DNA of 64,000 nucleotides from a virus (taxonomy: Duplodnaviria > Heunggongvirae > Uroviricota > Caudoviricetes): IMG/VR virus record IMGVR_UViG_3300037461_001229, positions 1 to 64,000 of that record. One strand, 5' to 3'. This document shows, piece by piece, positions 48,372-57,083 of the stretch. How positions within the stretch are numbered: the first letter of the stretch is position 1; each line of letters begins with the position of its first letter. Below the pieces are notes generated by a model. That model had not been told where the DNA came from. It was given only the letters and a program-made list of their open reading frames with translations, and ran no database searches. The position numbers were made by a program, and so were the translations under genes.

Positions 48372-48444
48372 AGCCTGATAGTGTAGTGGTTAAGCACGGC
48401 ACCCTTACAAGATGTTAGCTACAGTTCGACTCTGTATCGGGCTA
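48372..48444 (+). tRNA. tRNA-Val (TAC)
   Basis: acceptor agcctga/tcgggct; loop CTTACAA; T arm tacag-TTCGACT-ctgta. Confidence 0.6.
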
Positions 48445-48487
48445 CAAAAATAAATCCATAAAAGTTTGCATATTAAAAAATAATTAT

Positions 48488-48495
48488 TATCTTTG
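48488..48495 (+). promoter_or_regulatory. Bacteroidota -7 element (tRNA sub-operon 3)
   Basis: tatctttg. Confidence 0.5.
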
Positions 48496-48548
48496 TGGTA
48501 TGAAAAAACTATGGTGTTCATATAGTTCGTTTTTACTCTTGCTCTCGG

Positions 48549-48620
48549 GGCGAGGTAGTTGAGCTATATCCACTGCAGATATACAAGGAGCCTCGCCTAT
48601 AAAGCGGGGCTTTTTGTTTT
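48549..48620 (+). promoter_or_regulatory. attenuator-like leader: antiterminator ggcgagg/cctcgcc versus terminator gcctcgc-ctataaa-gcggggc + T-run
   Basis: alternative helices share 48590-48597; T-run ends one nt before tRNA. Confidence 0.45.
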
Positions 48621-48696
48621 GCTCTGGTAGTCCAATTGGCAGAATGACAACAGACTTAAACCCTGTCCAGTGTCGGTTCGAATCCGACTCAGAGCA
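48621..48696 (+). tRNA. tRNA with TAA anticodon (Leu-type anticodon, class I architecture)
   Basis: acceptor gctctgg/tcagagc; loop CTTAAAC; T arm gtcgg-TTCGAAT-ccgac; only 76 nt, no long variable arm. Confidence 0.45.
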
Positions 48697-48699
48697 CAC

Positions 48700-48772
48700 G
48701 CTACGGTAGCGAATTGGTATAGCACGGTGACTTAGAATCATCGGATTGTGGATTCGAATTCCACCCGTAGCA
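48700..48772 (+). tRNA. tRNA with TAG anticodon (Leu-type anticodon, class I architecture)
   Basis: acceptor gctacgg/ccgtagc perfect; stem ggtga/tcatc loop CTTAGAA; T arm gtgga-TTCGAAT-tccac; 73 nt. Confidence 0.5.
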
Positions 48773-48776
48773 CAAT

Positions 48777-48860
48777 GGAGGGTTCGCCAGCGGCCTGGCA
48801 ACTGGTCTTGAAAACCAGGATGCATCTGAAAGGACGGGGGATCGACACCTCAACCCTCCG
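48777..48860 (+). tRNA. tRNA-Ser (TGA), class II
   Basis: acceptor ggagggt/accctcc; stem ctggt/accag loop CTTGAAA; long variable arm; T loop ATCGACA. Confidence 0.6.
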
Positions 48861-48866
48861 CAATAT

Positions 48867-48947
48867 GGAAGTACTCCCAAGATGGTGAATGGGGCATGAC
48901 TGTAAATCATGTGCTTCGGCTGAGAGGTTCGAATCCTTATACTTCCA
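48867..48947 (+). tRNA. tRNA-Tyr (GTA), class II
   Basis: acceptor ggaagta/tacttcc; stem catga/tcatg loop CTGTAAA; variable arm gcttcggc; T loop TTCGAAT. Confidence 0.6.
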
Positions 48948-48990
48948 CGGGGGTTTATTAAACTTTTGTTATCTTTGTAAGAAAAAAAAT

Positions 48991-49386
48991 ATGTTTAATA
49001 ATGTAAAGAACACAAAGAAGCAGGGGGATATTGGAATGGGCATGGCAATAGGTTATTTTACTGCCCAGGGATATACGGTATTGATTCCTTTAACCGATAG
49101 TCAGGATTATGATTTGGTTATAGAGAAAAATGGTCTTTTAAAGAAGGTACAGGTAAAGACAACTTCGTATAAGACTCCTAATGGGATATTTAATATCAAT
49201 CTTAGCGTGAAAGGTGGGAATAGGTCTTATAATACCATAAAGAAGTTTAACCCTGATCTTGTTGATTATTTATTTATTTTTACATCTAATGGAGATATGT
49301 ATTTTATCCCATCTCCCCAAAATATTACGAGTCACCTGAATCTCGGTAAAAAATATCAGGACTTTAAAGTATTCATGGATGGTTGA
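48991..49386 (+). CDS. small PD-(D/E)XK-like nuclease candidate embedded in the tRNA array
   Basis: ORF 48889..49386 trimmed to ATG after -7 box 48970-48977; DYDLVIEKNGLLKKVQVKT gives D...E.K-like motif; 3' end overlaps tRNA-Ser by 10 nt. Confidence 0.35.
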   Translation: MFNNVKNTKKQGDIGMGMAIGYFTAQGYTVLIPLTDSQDYDLVIEKNGLLKKVQVKTTSYKTPNGIFNINLSVKGGNRSYNTIKKFNPDLVDYLFIFTSNGDMYFIPSPQNITSHLNLGKKYQDFKVFMDG

Positions 49387-49461
49387 CCGAGAGGTAAGGT
49401 ACAAGTTTGCTAAACTTAGGTTGGGATAAAACCCAGGGGGGATCGTTACCCTCACCCTCCG
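49377..49461 (+). tRNA. tRNA-Ser (GCT), class II
   Basis: acceptor ggatggt/accctcc (one mismatch); loop TTGCTAA; variable-arm stem tggg/ccca; T loop ATCGTTA. Confidence 0.5.
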
Positions 49462-49464
49462 CAT

Positions 49465-49535
49465 GGGCAATTAGTGTAATGGTAGCACGACAGCCTCCAA
49501 AACTGTTTGTAACTGTTCGAGTCGGTTATCGCCCG
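49465..49535 (+). tRNA. tRNA-Trp (CCA)
   Basis: acceptor gggcaat/atcgccc (one mismatch); D stem gtgt/gcac; loop CTCCAAA; T arm aactg-TTCGAGT-cggtt. Confidence 0.55.
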
Positions 49536-49539
49536 CAAT

Positions 49540-49612
49540 GGAGATTAAGCAAATCTGGTGATCGCAGATGCCTGAAGAGCATAAGAGCGTGGATCGTAAC
49601 CACAAATCTCCA
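49540..49612 (+). tRNA. tRNA-Phe (GAA)
   Basis: acceptor ggagatt/aatctcc perfect; loop CTGAAGA; T loop ATCGTAA. Confidence 0.5.
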
Positions 49613-49616
49613 CTAC

Positions 49617-49683
49617 GGCCATATAAGAGCACAGAATTATGTTTGCAAAACATAAGAGGAGGGTGCGTCTCCCTCTATGGCCT
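49617..49683 (+). tRNA. tRNA-Cys (GCA)-like, short D arm and non-canonical T loop (possible pseudo-tRNA)
   Basis: acceptor ggccata/tatggcc perfect; anticodon stem tatgt/acata loop TTGCAAA; T-position helix gaggg-tgcgtct-ccctc lacks TTC; 67 nt. Confidence 0.3.
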
Positions 49684-49707
49684 CAAAGCAGTTATAATAA
49701 AATGAAT

Positions 49708-49715
49708 TATCTTTG
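49708..49715 (+). promoter_or_regulatory. Bacteroidota -7 element upstream of portal gene
   Basis: tatctttg 19 nt before ATG 49734. Confidence 0.5.
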
Positions 49716-49733
49716 CATTATAATTTATAGTGC

Positions 49734-52100
49734 ATGATACCTATCATTGACGATTCTTACAAGAATAAGGAGTGGGCGTTTCCCCCACGTGATCAGAATC
49801 CAGCTAATAAAGGAGCGGAATATTGCAGGCAGAATAACCAGGCTATATACAGCCTTTTCTGTCGTAATAAAATGGCGTGGGGAGCGGGTGATCTTCGAAC
49901 ATTCGGGACACTAAGGGATTATTCTAATGGCCGCCAAAGCACAGATCAGTATAAATCGTTTCTATTAAATGATATAAACGACAACGGCACTTCTGTATCT
50001 TTCGACTCATTCGATCAACTACCGCTTTCCCGTGTTGCAAAACGCCAGGGCTGGTACAATATGATTTGGGATAACATTTCCCCGGCTCCGATGATTATGA
50101 ATGCCTTACATGGGCAATTCGATAAGCTTGACTTTGATCTTAACGTAAGTGTTGTTGACCCTGATTCCCGGGCCCTGGAAGAAGAGCAAGCATTCCTTAA
50201 ACTTATAGAGGCACAGAACGCCGAATGGCAGAATAAGATCAAGATGGAGATGGGTATTCCTATTGATGAAGATGTTATGATGCCAAGGTCTAAGGAAGAG
50301 TTAGATATGCTCAAGGCCAAGGATGGGTTTAAGCTTAACGTAGCCCGGGCAATGCAGAAGATACTCAGGCATTCATTTGAGGTCAGCCGGTGGGATAATG
50401 TAGTAAGAAAGAAGCTTATTGATGATCTTATATGTCTTGGCTATTGCGTGGTCAGGGATTTCTATAATGCTGAGACCGGCATGTGGGAATGCGAATATGT
50501 TGATCCAGCCACCTATGTCACACAGGTTTCTAATGAGACGGATTATTCTGACGCCGAGTATGGTGGTCAGTTTATCCTTATGACGATATCAAACCTGAGA
50601 AATAAATTACCTGATGTACCGGAAGAAGAGTTAAAGGCCATGGCCGGTACTATGCTTGGTAATTACGGCAACCCCAAGGAAGACTGGCCCAATCATTACT
50701 CACTACTTGACCCAAGTACCGGTATCTGCAATTATGATGGGTTTAAGGTGCCGGTATTCAAGGCGTGGTGGGTGGATACTGATACTAAGAAAAGGTTATG
50801 GGTTAAGTCCCGCTATGGCAGGGAAAAGATACTTGACATCCCTTATGATTCCGATGAGAAGACTATGGATAAGCTCGCCGGTGGGAGACAGGAGGTACGT
50901 CCGGTATTCATAAGGAATATCCGTGAGTGCTCGTGGGTTATAGGGAAGGATTGGGTGTTCGACTACGGTGTTATAAAGATGGCGTCAAGGGATGGTTACA
51001 AGAAGCCACAGGCTCCCTATCACGTTGAGCAGTTACTTCAGCCGTCCATAATTGAGAGGATACGTTCTATCTTAGACCAGATAGAGATCACCTTCCTCAG
51101 ATACCAGAACTCGCTCGCACAGATGTTTGAGAATGGTATTGCAGTTAACGTCTCGATGTTGGGGAATGTCAACCTCGGTGGTGGGATGCTTAAGCCCGCC
51201 CAGGTTATTAAACTGTACAAACAGACAGGGGTCTTACCGTATCAATATGGTGCCAGCACGGGTCATTATACAGGTGGAGCAGCACTGCCGATCACTCCTA
51301 TCCCCGGGGGTATGCAAACCAGAGTGGAGGAGACCATACGTATGATGGATATGTGGATGCAGCAGATAGAGAGGCATACCGGTATTAACCCGGTGACCCT
51401 TGGGGCTACTCCTGATCCTAATGCGCCCGTTGGTACTACCGAAGCAGCCATGCAGGCAACCGCCAATGTTATTAAACCAATAGCAGATGCATGCTTTGAG
51501 GTTAAGGAAAGCGTGGGTACTTCTATGATGAGAAGAATTCAGATAGGGATACGGAATAGTGAACAGGTACGCAAGAGCTATGGCGGAATAGTCAGCCCTA
51601 TGGATATAGATGCATTAAGGCTTATGGAGTCGGATGGTGTGCAATATGGGCTATCACTTAAGGCCAAGCCGGATACCAGGGCTAAGATGCGGTTCGAGAA
51701 GTGGATCGACATTGCCCTGCAGAATACTCGTGAGAAGAGGCCGGGTATTGATCTTAATGATGCTATATACTTCATGTCAAGACTTGAGGCTGGTGATGAC
51801 CTTAATGACCTTGAAAAACAGCTTGAGTACGCGATAGAGAAGAACAAGCAGGAAGCTGCCGCCCAGAGTGAGAGAATGATTCAGGCACAGGGAGAACAGA
51901 ACACACAGCTTGAACAGGCTAAGATGCAATCGGAGATGGCAAGGATCAAGGCAGAAGCAGAAGCCAGTATGGCCGAAGAGGCTCTGCGCGGTCAGATAAA
52001 GGCACAGCAGTCAAGTAAAGAGATAGTAGCACAACTATGGTCTGATTTAAGGCAGACTGCCGATGCTGAAGACGGTATCTTAACACAGACAGGAAGATGA
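49734..52100 (+). CDS. putative portal protein
   Basis: 788 aa, position between terminase and scaffold/capsid, C-terminal Ala/Glu/Gln-rich coiled-coil tail. Confidence 0.5.
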   Translation: MIPIIDDSYKNKEWAFPPRDQNPANKGAEYCRQNNQAIYSLFCRNKMAWGAGDLRTFGTLRDYSNGRQSTDQYKSFLLNDINDNGTSVSFDSFDQLPLSRVAKRQGWYNMIWDNISPAPMIMNALHGQFDKLDFDLNVSVVDPDSRALEEEQAFLKLIEAQNAEWQNKIKMEMGIPIDEDVMMPRSKEELDMLKAKDGFKLNVARAMQKILRHSFEVSRWDNVVRKKLIDDLICLGYCVVRDFYNAETGMWECEYVDPATYVTQVSNETDYSDAEYGGQFILMTISNLRNKLPDVPEEELKAMAGTMLGNYGNPKEDWPNHYSLLDPSTGICNYDGFKVPVFKAWWVDTDTKKRLWVKSRYGREKILDIPYDSDEKTMDKLAGGRQEVRPVFIRNIRECSWVIGKDWVFDYGVIKMASRDGYKKPQAPYHVEQLLQPSIIERIRSILDQIEITFLRYQNSLAQMFENGIAVNVSMLGNVNLGGGMLKPAQVIKLYKQTGVLPYQYGASTGHYTGGAALPITPIPGGMQTRVEETIRMMDMWMQQIERHTGINPVTLGATPDPNAPVGTTEAAMQATANVIKPIADACFEVKESVGTSMMRRIQIGIRNSEQVRKSYGGIVSPMDIDALRLMESDGVQYGLSLKAKPDTRAKMRFEKWIDIALQNTREKRPGIDLNDAIYFMSRLEAGDDLNDLEKQLEYAIEKNKQEAAAQSERMIQAQGEQNTQLEQAKMQSEMARIKAEAEASMAEEALRGQIKAQQSSKEIVAQLWSDLRQTADAEDGILTQTGR

Positions 52101-52342
52101 AAGCTAAAGATAGATTAACAATTTTAGAGAATGTTATTGCCAGGGTTGGTCTTGACGGACCGGTACTGGAGGAGTATACCAAAGCGTTGGCTACGCATAA
52201 CGGGATAAGTAGTATGCAAGTTATGCAGCCGATAATCCCTCCACAGGCGCCAGTACAGCCCGGAATGCCCCCAATGGGGGTAAATACTACCCCGGGAGAG
52301 ATGCCTCCACAAGAAGCCCCCATGGGGTCTACTATGGCCTAA
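52097..52342 (+). CDS. small Pro/Gly/Met-rich protein
   Basis: 81 aa; ATGA-coupled to portal. Confidence 0.3.
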   Translation: MKAKDRLTILENVIARVGLDGPVLEEYTKALATHNGISSMQVMQPIIPPQAPVQPGMPPMGVNTTPGEMPPQEAPMGSTMA

Positions 52343-52365
52343 AAAACCATATTAAAATAATATAT

Positions 52366-52373
52366 TATCTTTG
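52366..52373 (+). promoter_or_regulatory. Bacteroidota -7 element upstream of scaffold gene
   Basis: tatctttg. Confidence 0.45.
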
Positions 52374-52396
52374 CAAAAACAAAGAAGTACGGAATT

Positions 52397-53518
52397 ATGG
52401 CAGAATTTGAACACATGTCAACGACACCGCCCGAAGAGGTAACTCAGCCGGCGGCAGAAGATAATCAGGCTGCGGCAGCTCCGGTGGAACAGCCAGGTGC
52501 ACAGGCTCCCACTACTGATCCTGCCGAAGCAGAACAGGACACGTTCATTGAAACATTTAATAAAAGGTACGGCACTGCGTACAAGAATGACGAAGAAATT
52601 AAACCAATCTTTGAGTCACCGAAGAAGGTAGCTGAACTCTCAGAGAAGTATAAGGACTACGACACGCTAAAGCAGAGTGCCGAATCATATAAAAAGGAAT
52701 TGGAAGACTTAAGGAATGCCGGTTACTCGGAGTTCCTTTCCAAACCATTGATCCGTAACGCTTATGTAGCGGACAAACTGTTAGAGAAATATCCAGACAG
52801 AGACCCATTTGTATTGCAGGAGATTGCTATGAGTGATGTCGATAAAATGGATGATCTTGATGCAGTTGCCAAGGAGCAGAAGATACGCCTGCCAAAGTTA
52901 GCTTTGTCAGACATAAAAGCTGCTATACTTAGCGAGCTTAATATAGATGCCGAACAGAAACCCGAAGAATGGGATAGCGTGGCAAAGACAAAGTTAGCTA
53001 TAAAGGCTGCAGATGCAAGGGAGAAAATCAAGGACCTTACTAAAGGTATCGAAGTTCCTAAGTTCAAAACTAAGGAGGAGAGACAGCAGGAACAGGCTCA
53101 GTTACTTGCCGAGAGGGAGAAGCTGATAGCCCCTGTAAAAGATAAGTTTGTGGCCTTTGATGAGTATACCAACGGTGATTTTAAGTTTGGAGTCCCGCCA
53201 GAGTTCAAGGAAGAAGCCAAGGCAATGTTCGATGGTATCTTCAAGGACGCTGGGCTCGAAGTTAATGCAGAGAATCTAGCAATAGCTGAAGCACTTAAAA
53301 AGGGGTTATTTTTAGAGAAATACCTCCCGAAGATACTTGAGACAAAGGAGTCCCAGGTAAGAACAGCGCTCCAGCAAAAGACTGATAAGGAATTAAGCAA
53401 CACTGAGTTGCCCAACACCGCAACAGCGACAGATAATCCGGCACAGGAACAAGGGTTACCGGGACTTAGTAAGTTCTTTCAAGACCAAACACAAGGACAA
53501 AGAGCTACTAAACTTTAA
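52397..53518 (+). CDS. putative scaffolding protein
   Basis: 373 aa, highly acidic E/K/A-rich predicted helical protein placed between portal and capsid genes. Confidence 0.5.
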   Translation: MAEFEHMSTTPPEEVTQPAAEDNQAAAAPVEQPGAQAPTTDPAEAEQDTFIETFNKRYGTAYKNDEEIKPIFESPKKVAELSEKYKDYDTLKQSAESYKKELEDLRNAGYSEFLSKPLIRNAYVADKLLEKYPDRDPFVLQEIAMSDVDKMDDLDAVAKEQKIRLPKLALSDIKAAILSELNIDAEQKPEEWDSVAKTKLAIKAADAREKIKDLTKGIEVPKFKTKEERQQEQAQLLAEREKLIAPVKDKFVAFDEYTNGDFKFGVPPEFKEEAKAMFDGIFKDAGLEVNAENLAIAEALKKGLFLEKYLPKILETKESQVRTALQQKTDKELSNTELPNTATATDNPAQEQGLPGLSKFFQDQTQGQRATKL

Positions 53519-53534
53519 AAACGATTTTTAACCA

Positions 53535-54989
53535 ATGTCAACAATAACAAAAGGTACCGTCACATCGGTTACCAACAATGCCCGCTATGGGTATTCTTTT
53601 GATAGTATCTATAACACGATGCTTAAACCCCAGATTTATGGGGACTATGTAAAATACTACGGTAAGGGGATTGGACTCCTGGAGTTCATCTATCTTACTG
53701 GTGCAACCGTCAATGTCGCAGGATCAAGCAAGACACTGTGGGCTGAGGGTTCGCTGACCAAGCTTGTCAAGCTGAACGGGCAGATAGCTACCGCTCTCAT
53801 GGGCGCAGATATCACCTTCTCGCTGGACGCCGCCGAGTTTGATGCAAACCATAACTGCTACCTGAGTGTTAATGACCAGATTATCATCCCGGCATTCTAC
53901 ATGCAGGACACCGCAACACAGTCGATCATGCCTCACAGGTATCAGGTCATAAGTGTTGATGATGTTACTCTTGACGAGAACGCAACATTCACAGCAAGAC
54001 CACTTCTTGCTACATCCACGCTCGCTATAGCTGTTCCTGACGATACCGAACTGATGGTAACCGGAGGTAACTACGCTCTTGAAAGCAATAGTGGAAGTCC
54101 TAAATCAAGCGGATGGCTTTCTGCTACCTTCTATAACTCAATCAAAAAAGCTGACTGGGGTATCGGTGGAGGAACACAGTCCAACCAGAGGTATTATGAG
54201 GAACTGCGTGGTGGAGGTACAGGTATCCTTACCAAAAACACCATGGAGGCCGACTACTGGCTTGATAAGTATATCAACGACGAAATCTGGCTATCACAGG
54301 GTGTTACCAACACAGCTCTCGTTCAGGCCAACAGGAATGCCGAAAATATAAAGGTTGACGGAACAGTGGGCGTGCTAAAACACCTGGTAGATAGTGGTAT
54401 GAAACAGTACTACACTACAGCCTACCAGCTCTCCGACTTCGACGATATCAAGGAACTTCTGCTCTCACAGGGTGTGATGGACAGGAGTATGACCTTCTTC
54501 ATGGGAAGCAACCTCTACAAGCAGATCGAGAACAGCACTCTTGACTTCGTTAAGGAATTCTCCGGTGGAACAGATTTCGCTAAAACACTGACAGCAATCG
54601 ACGTTGCCTTCAAGATGATCCATAAGAATGGCGTAACAACCGTCTTCAAGGAGCTGCCTTCACTGAGCGACCCGACCAACTACGGTGCCGAAGCTTTTGA
54701 CGACTACTTCAAAGACCTTGGATTTATACTGCCAGATGTCGATGTTACTGTTAAAGGTAGTATCGAAGACCCGGCTAGTGCTAAGATCAGGTCGCTGACT
54801 ATTGGCTTCAAGAATTACAACGGGGAGAACCGTACCAGGGTTGTTAAAAATCTTCCCAGTATGGCTGGTCAGGGCGATATAGCAATATCAACATGGGACG
54901 ACTCTTATGGGTCAATGTTGAGTGAATTCAGCCTGATTTACCCAAAACCAAATCAAAGTATTCTAGTGCTCAATGACAACATACTCTGA
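53535..54989 (+). CDS. putative major capsid protein
   Basis: 484 aa, directly after scaffold, strong own promoter/RBS context, composition typical of HK97-fold capsid proteins; not verifiable without search. Confidence 0.5.
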   Translation: MSTITKGTVTSVTNNARYGYSFDSIYNTMLKPQIYGDYVKYYGKGIGLLEFIYLTGATVNVAGSSKTLWAEGSLTKLVKLNGQIATALMGADITFSLDAAEFDANHNCYLSVNDQIIIPAFYMQDTATQSIMPHRYQVISVDDVTLDENATFTARPLLATSTLAIAVPDDTELMVTGGNYALESNSGSPKSSGWLSATFYNSIKKADWGIGGGTQSNQRYYEELRGGGTGILTKNTMEADYWLDKYINDEIWLSQGVTNTALVQANRNAENIKVDGTVGVLKHLVDSGMKQYYTTAYQLSDFDDIKELLLSQGVMDRSMTFFMGSNLYKQIENSTLDFVKEFSGGTDFAKTLTAIDVAFKMIHKNGVTTVFKELPSLSDPTNYGAEAFDDYFKDLGFILPDVDVTVKGSIEDPASAKIRSLTIGFKNYNGENRTRVVKNLPSMAGQGDIAISTWDDSYGSMLSEFSLIYPKPNQSILVLNDNIL

Positions 54990-55062
54990 TCTTTAGGTGT
55001 ATAATCTAAGAGGGGAAGTGAAAATTTCCCCTTTTTTATTTGGATAATTGTAAATAATCACG

Positions 55063-55070
55063 TATCTTTG
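55063..55070 (+). promoter_or_regulatory. Bacteroidota -7 element
   Basis: tatctttg upstream of 55110 ORF. Confidence 0.45.
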
Positions 55071-55109
55071 TTGATGATTACTTAATATAAATTGTAATAG
55101 AGTTAAGTT

Positions 55110-55946
55110 ATGACAACAAAGATTTGTACAAAATGTGGCTGCGAGAAGTCGATAGACTTGTTCGTGGTAAAGTCCTCTTATCCTGATGGGCATGCAAGTG
55201 AATGTAAGGAGTGCCATAGGATTAGGAATAGGGAGGCTTATCATAGGGACTTAGAAAAGAATAGAGCTAAGTCTAGAATACATGCCAAGCGATCTTATCA
55301 AAGGCATAAAGAGAAGCGGAAGGAATATTCTCGTAGATACGCTAAAGAACACCCCAAGCCTTCCAATAAGCCCATCCCATTAAGCCCCGAAGAACGGATG
55401 TTACGTAAGAAACAGTATTATGAAAATAATAAGGATCGGATTGCTCAATATAAGAAAGCATATGCTAAGAAAAATAGAGAGAGAATACGGGCTTATAGGA
55501 GAGACTACTATAATGAAAAAAAGGATATTCTGAAGGAAAAGGCGTCTGTGTATTATGATAAGAATAGGGAAAGGTCTAATGCTCGACAAAGGGCGAGGAT
55601 GAAAAATATCCCTCAATTAAGAATAGCCCACAATTTAAGAACCAGGATAAGTGCTGTTTTAAAGGGGAGAAGTAAGGGTGGTCGTTTAAATAGACTTGTT
55701 GGCTGTAGTATGGACTTTTTAAAAGAATATCTTGAATCTTATTTTAAGCAGGGGATGACCTGGGATAATTATGGAAGGGGTATAGGGAAATGGAGCTTGG
55801 ATCATACAACCCCCTTAGATCACTTCAATCTTGAGGACGAAAACGAACAGAGGAAGGCTTTCCATTATACTAATCTTCGTCCAATGTGGTATTCTCATAA
55901 CGCCTCTAAGGGCAATAGATATGTAGGCGATTATAAACCATATTAA
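55110..55946 (+). CDS. HNH homing-endonuclease-like protein with Cys4 finger and Lys/Arg-rich repeat linker
   Basis: CTKCGCEK...CKECH zinc knuckle; C-terminal KWSLDHTTPLDHFNLEDENEQ...N...H (HNH); long KR-rich RxxKxYxxxN repeats. Confidence 0.65.
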   Translation: MTTKICTKCGCEKSIDLFVVKSSYPDGHASECKECHRIRNREAYHRDLEKNRAKSRIHAKRSYQRHKEKRKEYSRRYAKEHPKPSNKPIPLSPEERMLRKKQYYENNKDRIAQYKKAYAKKNRERIRAYRRDYYNEKKDILKEKASVYYDKNRERSNARQRARMKNIPQLRIAHNLRTRISAVLKGRSKGGRLNRLVGCSMDFLKEYLESYFKQGMTWDNYGRGIGKWSLDHTTPLDHFNLEDENEQRKAFHYTNLRPMWYSHNASKGNRYVGDYKPY

Positions 55947-55987
55947 AAAATAATGCTTATCTTTGTCAAAACAAAAAACAAGAAGAA

Positions 55988-57043
55988 ATGATTTTAATCA
56001 ACCAGGAGAGGCTTTTGCCGGATGCGCTTAAAAACGAAGATGATAAGCTGCATGCATTTGCGAAGCTATATGATAGCACGCTAAATGAATTAAAGAAGAA
56101 GTTTGGCAAGACTGTTCATTTCATAAGACCAGACAGGCCAAGGAAAACCAAGGGAGCTACTGCCAGGGGGAAAGAGGTCCCCGGCATGTCAATTCCCGTT
56201 GAGCCCATTGTGATCCCGCTCAGTGCTACCGTAGTGCTGGATGAGATACCTATGGGCAGTAATACATGGACATGCAGTATGCGTGCCCCGAGACCTATTG
56301 ACGGGGGGTTATGGGAGCCAGGAGGGCGCAGGAGTTTAATAATAAAGAGCGCCGAGCTTTCGGTGAGCATAGAAAATGATCCTGATTTAGCTGTGTTCAT
56401 GTATAAAATATGTCCTTTTGTCAAGAAGGGGATACTCAAGCTTAAGGATGCACAGGCTGAGGCTGAGGCATTGGCTAAGAGAGAACATCTTATTACCGAG
56501 CGTAAGATGGCGGTATGGAAGGTGCTTCCCGCCGATAAAGTGCCTACGATGGCCAGGGCTTATGGTCTTAATAATGTCGATGGTAAGTCCGAGGCTATAC
56601 TCAGGGCTGAACTTGAGAGACAGCTTGAGATTAATGACTCGCTGAAGTTGCGCAACCCGGCTGTTAAGGGTACGCTGGACTTTATTGAGGAGATGAAGAT
56701 CAATGATAATGTGCTGATCCGTGCTTTTGTGCGGAGGATGCAGGATGAGAAGAGGCTTACTCTTGCCTTTGATAAGTTCAAGATAGGGGACAAGGTAGTC
56801 TACCACGTACCCGCTATGGAGATAAAAAGAGCTAATGATGCCCTATGCCAGTACCTTAATGCCAGTAATAACACAGAGAAGCTGGCTGAGTTTATAAGAG
56901 ACCTTATCTACAAGGAGTATCTTGCAGGGATCACAGACAAGAAAGAACTGCAGTGGCTTGCACGGATCGCGGGGATCAATCCCGAGTTTAAAAAGCTTGA
57001 CGATCTGAAGGTGCAGGTAGCAAATGTTTTCTGCCCGGCGTAA
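55988..57043 (+). CDS. hypothetical structural protein
   Basis: 351 aa, own -7 box 55958-55965, located in head/tail module. Confidence 0.3.
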   Translation: MILINQERLLPDALKNEDDKLHAFAKLYDSTLNELKKKFGKTVHFIRPDRPRKTKGATARGKEVPGMSIPVEPIVIPLSATVVLDEIPMGSNTWTCSMRAPRPIDGGLWEPGGRRSLIIKSAELSVSIENDPDLAVFMYKICPFVKKGILKLKDAQAEAEALAKREHLITERKMAVWKVLPADKVPTMARAYGLNNVDGKSEAILRAELERQLEINDSLKLRNPAVKGTLDFIEEMKINDNVLIRAFVRRMQDEKRLTLAFDKFKIGDKVVYHVPAMEIKRANDALCQYLNASNNTEKLAEFIRDLIYKEYLAGITDKKELQWLARIAGINPEFKKLDDLKVQVANVFCPA

Positions 57044-57055
57044 GCCGGTTCTGTA

Positions 57056-57083
57056 GTCCCCATGCGGGACACCTTCTTGTTTT
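57056..57083 (+). terminator. Rho-independent terminator
   Basis: gtccc-catgc-gggac followed by accttcttgtttt. Confidence 0.45.

Noticed and set aside
47346-48910. Track ORFs overlapping the tRNA array (47346..47549, 47562..47756, 48178..48402, 48183..48386, 48487..48825, 48701..48910)
   Set aside because: They lie across well-folded tRNA genes on either strand; this is a typical artefact of GC-rich structured RNA.
48889-48990. 5' extension of ORF 48889..49386 into tRNA-Tyr
   Set aside because: The start was moved to ATG 48991, which follows a -7 promoter box at 48970-48977. The upstream part overlaps the tRNA.
47039-49683. Stop-codon-suppressor tRNAs and alternative genetic code, as known in some gut phages
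   Set aside because: None of the folded tRNAs has a CTA, TCA or TTA anticodon. Long late-gene ORFs (terminase, portal, capsid, the >1190-codon ORF) are intact under the standard code.
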